DNA from: Candidatus Krumholzibacteriota bacterium
GTDB lineage: Bacteria; Krumholzibacteriota; Krumholzibacteriia; LZORAL124-64-63
Length of the DNA: 64,000 bases
Direction of reading: 5' to 3'
Assembly (NCBI GenBank): GCA_039714075.1
Contig: JBDLKA010000001.1
Location: 1-64,000, forward strand
Shown: one piece after another, positions 63,003 to 64,000 of the stretch
Numbering within the stretch: position 1 is the stretch's first letter
Layout of the letters: every line of letters begins with the position of its first letter
Made by a program: the position numbers and the translations under genes
The notes under the pieces: model-generated
What the model saw: only the letters and a program-made list of their open reading frames with translations
What the model was told of the DNA's origin: nothing
The model's database searches: none

Positions 63003-64000
63003 TGGATCCGACCTCCGGACCGGCCGTCACCGTCGTGGGGGGCGGGCTGGCCGGTTGTGAAGCCGCGCTGCAGCTGGCCCGTTTCGGGATCCGCACACGA
63101 CTGGTCGAAATGCGGCCGGCGGTTCAGACGCCGGCCCACCGCAGCGACGGTCTGGCGGAAATCGTCTGCAGCAACTCCCTCAAAAGCACGGCTCCGGCCA
63201 CCGCTTCCGGTCTATTGAAGGAAGAACTGGATCTTTTTGGCTGCCGGCTGCTGGCCTGCGCCCGGCAGGCTGCGGTTCCCGCGGGCGCCGCCCTGGCGGT
63301 CGACCGGGAGGAATTCTCGAACCTGGTCGCGGCCAACCTCGCGGCCGAGCCCCTGGTCGAGGTTTCCCGCCAAGAAGTTTCCGAACTTCCCGAAACCGAC
63401 GGTCACCATTGGCTGGTGGCCACCGGACCTTTGACCAGTTCCGGCCTCATGGAGGAACTGGGAATAATCACCGGCCGACCCGCGCTCCATTTTTTCGACG
63501 CCATTGCGCCCACGGTCACCCTGGAATCCCTGGACCTGGAGCTTCTCTACCGGGCGGCCCGTTACGACCGGGGTGAGGCCGACTATCTCAACGCCGCCCT
63601 GGATGAGGCCGAATACGGGGAATTCCAGGCCGCTCTCGTAGCCGCCGAAAAGGCCGAAGTCCACGACTTCGACAAGGGCGAGTTGTTCGAGGGCTGCCAA
63701 CCCATCGAGGAAATCGCCTCTTCGGGTCCGAAATCCCTTTCCTTCGGGCCGCTCCGACCGGTCGGCCTGCATGATCCCCGCACCGGCCGCCGCCCGCATG
63801 CCGTGGTTCAGCTACGGCAGGAAAACCGGGAAGGGACGCTCTTCGGCCTGGTCGGGTTTCAGACCCGCCTCAAGTACGGCGAACAGAAGCGTGTCTTCCG
63901 GATGATCCCCGGGCTTCAGAACGCGGAATTCGTTCGTTATGGCCAACTGCACCGGAATTTCTATCTCGATACACCCCGTTGCTGCGCCCGGGATTTTTCC
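63002..64000 (+). CDS. trmFO: Methylenetetrahydrofolate-tRNA-(uracil-5)-methyltransferase TrmFO (partial)
   Basis: ATG overlaps the topA stop. VVGGGLAGCEAA, EMRP, AEIVCSNSLKS, HFFDAIAP, FEGCQPIE and VGFQTRL motifs. Runs off the window. Confidence 0.93.
   Translation, partial: MDPTSGPAVTVVGGGLAGCEAALQLARFGIRTRLVEMRPAVQTPAHRSDGLAEIVCSNSLKSTAPATASGLLKEELDLFGCRLLACARQAAVPAGAALAVDREEFSNLVAANLAAEPLVEVSRQEVSELPETDGHHWLVATGPLTSSGLMEELGIITGRPALHFFDAIAPTVTLESLDLELLYRAARYDRGEADYLNAALDEAEYGEFQAALVAAEKAEVHDFDKGELFEGCQPIEEIASSGPKSLSFGPLRPVGLHDPRTGRRPHAVVQLRQENREGTLFGLVGFQTRLKYGEQKRVFRMIPGLQNAEFVRYGQLHRNFYLDTPRCCARDFS

Overview
High-GC bacterial chromosome segment from a diderm. A PorV/UPF0164-like barrel, an FlgD-Ig/T9SS-like C-terminal domain and a GlmU-like gene suggest the FCB superphylum, e.g. 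Krumholzibacteriota/Latescibacterota-like (inference). The flanks carry housekeeping and envelope genes: DUF3373-like porin plus monoheme cytochrome c, sppA, HU/IHF and an unannotated bS22 on the left; HDOD pair, mltD, GGDEF, comEC, purC, purH, M6 protease, Slt, secA, smg, topA and trmFO on the right. The centre (~9.5-38 kb) is the main finding. It is a flagellar gene cluster that keeps intact-looking MS ring (fliF), C ring (fliG/M/N), export apparatus (fliH/I/J/O/P/Q/R, flhA/B), fliE, a Na+-type stator (motA/B, fliL) and regulators (fliA, flgM, fliW, csrA, sigma54 activators). It has no intact rod, hook, ring or filament gene. Short scars sit where those genes normally lie: an internally deleted flgB fused to the last codons of flgC, a flgL C-terminal stub before fliW, and a 16-codon stub in place of fliK-flgD-flgE. 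FlhF has lost its GTPase motifs, flhG is absent and FliM lacks the CheY-binding motif. This suggests an axial-less, flagellum-derived secretion or rotary machine, or a flagellum partway through decay. The rest of the genome must be checked. All family calls come from reading motifs by eye; no database searches were run.
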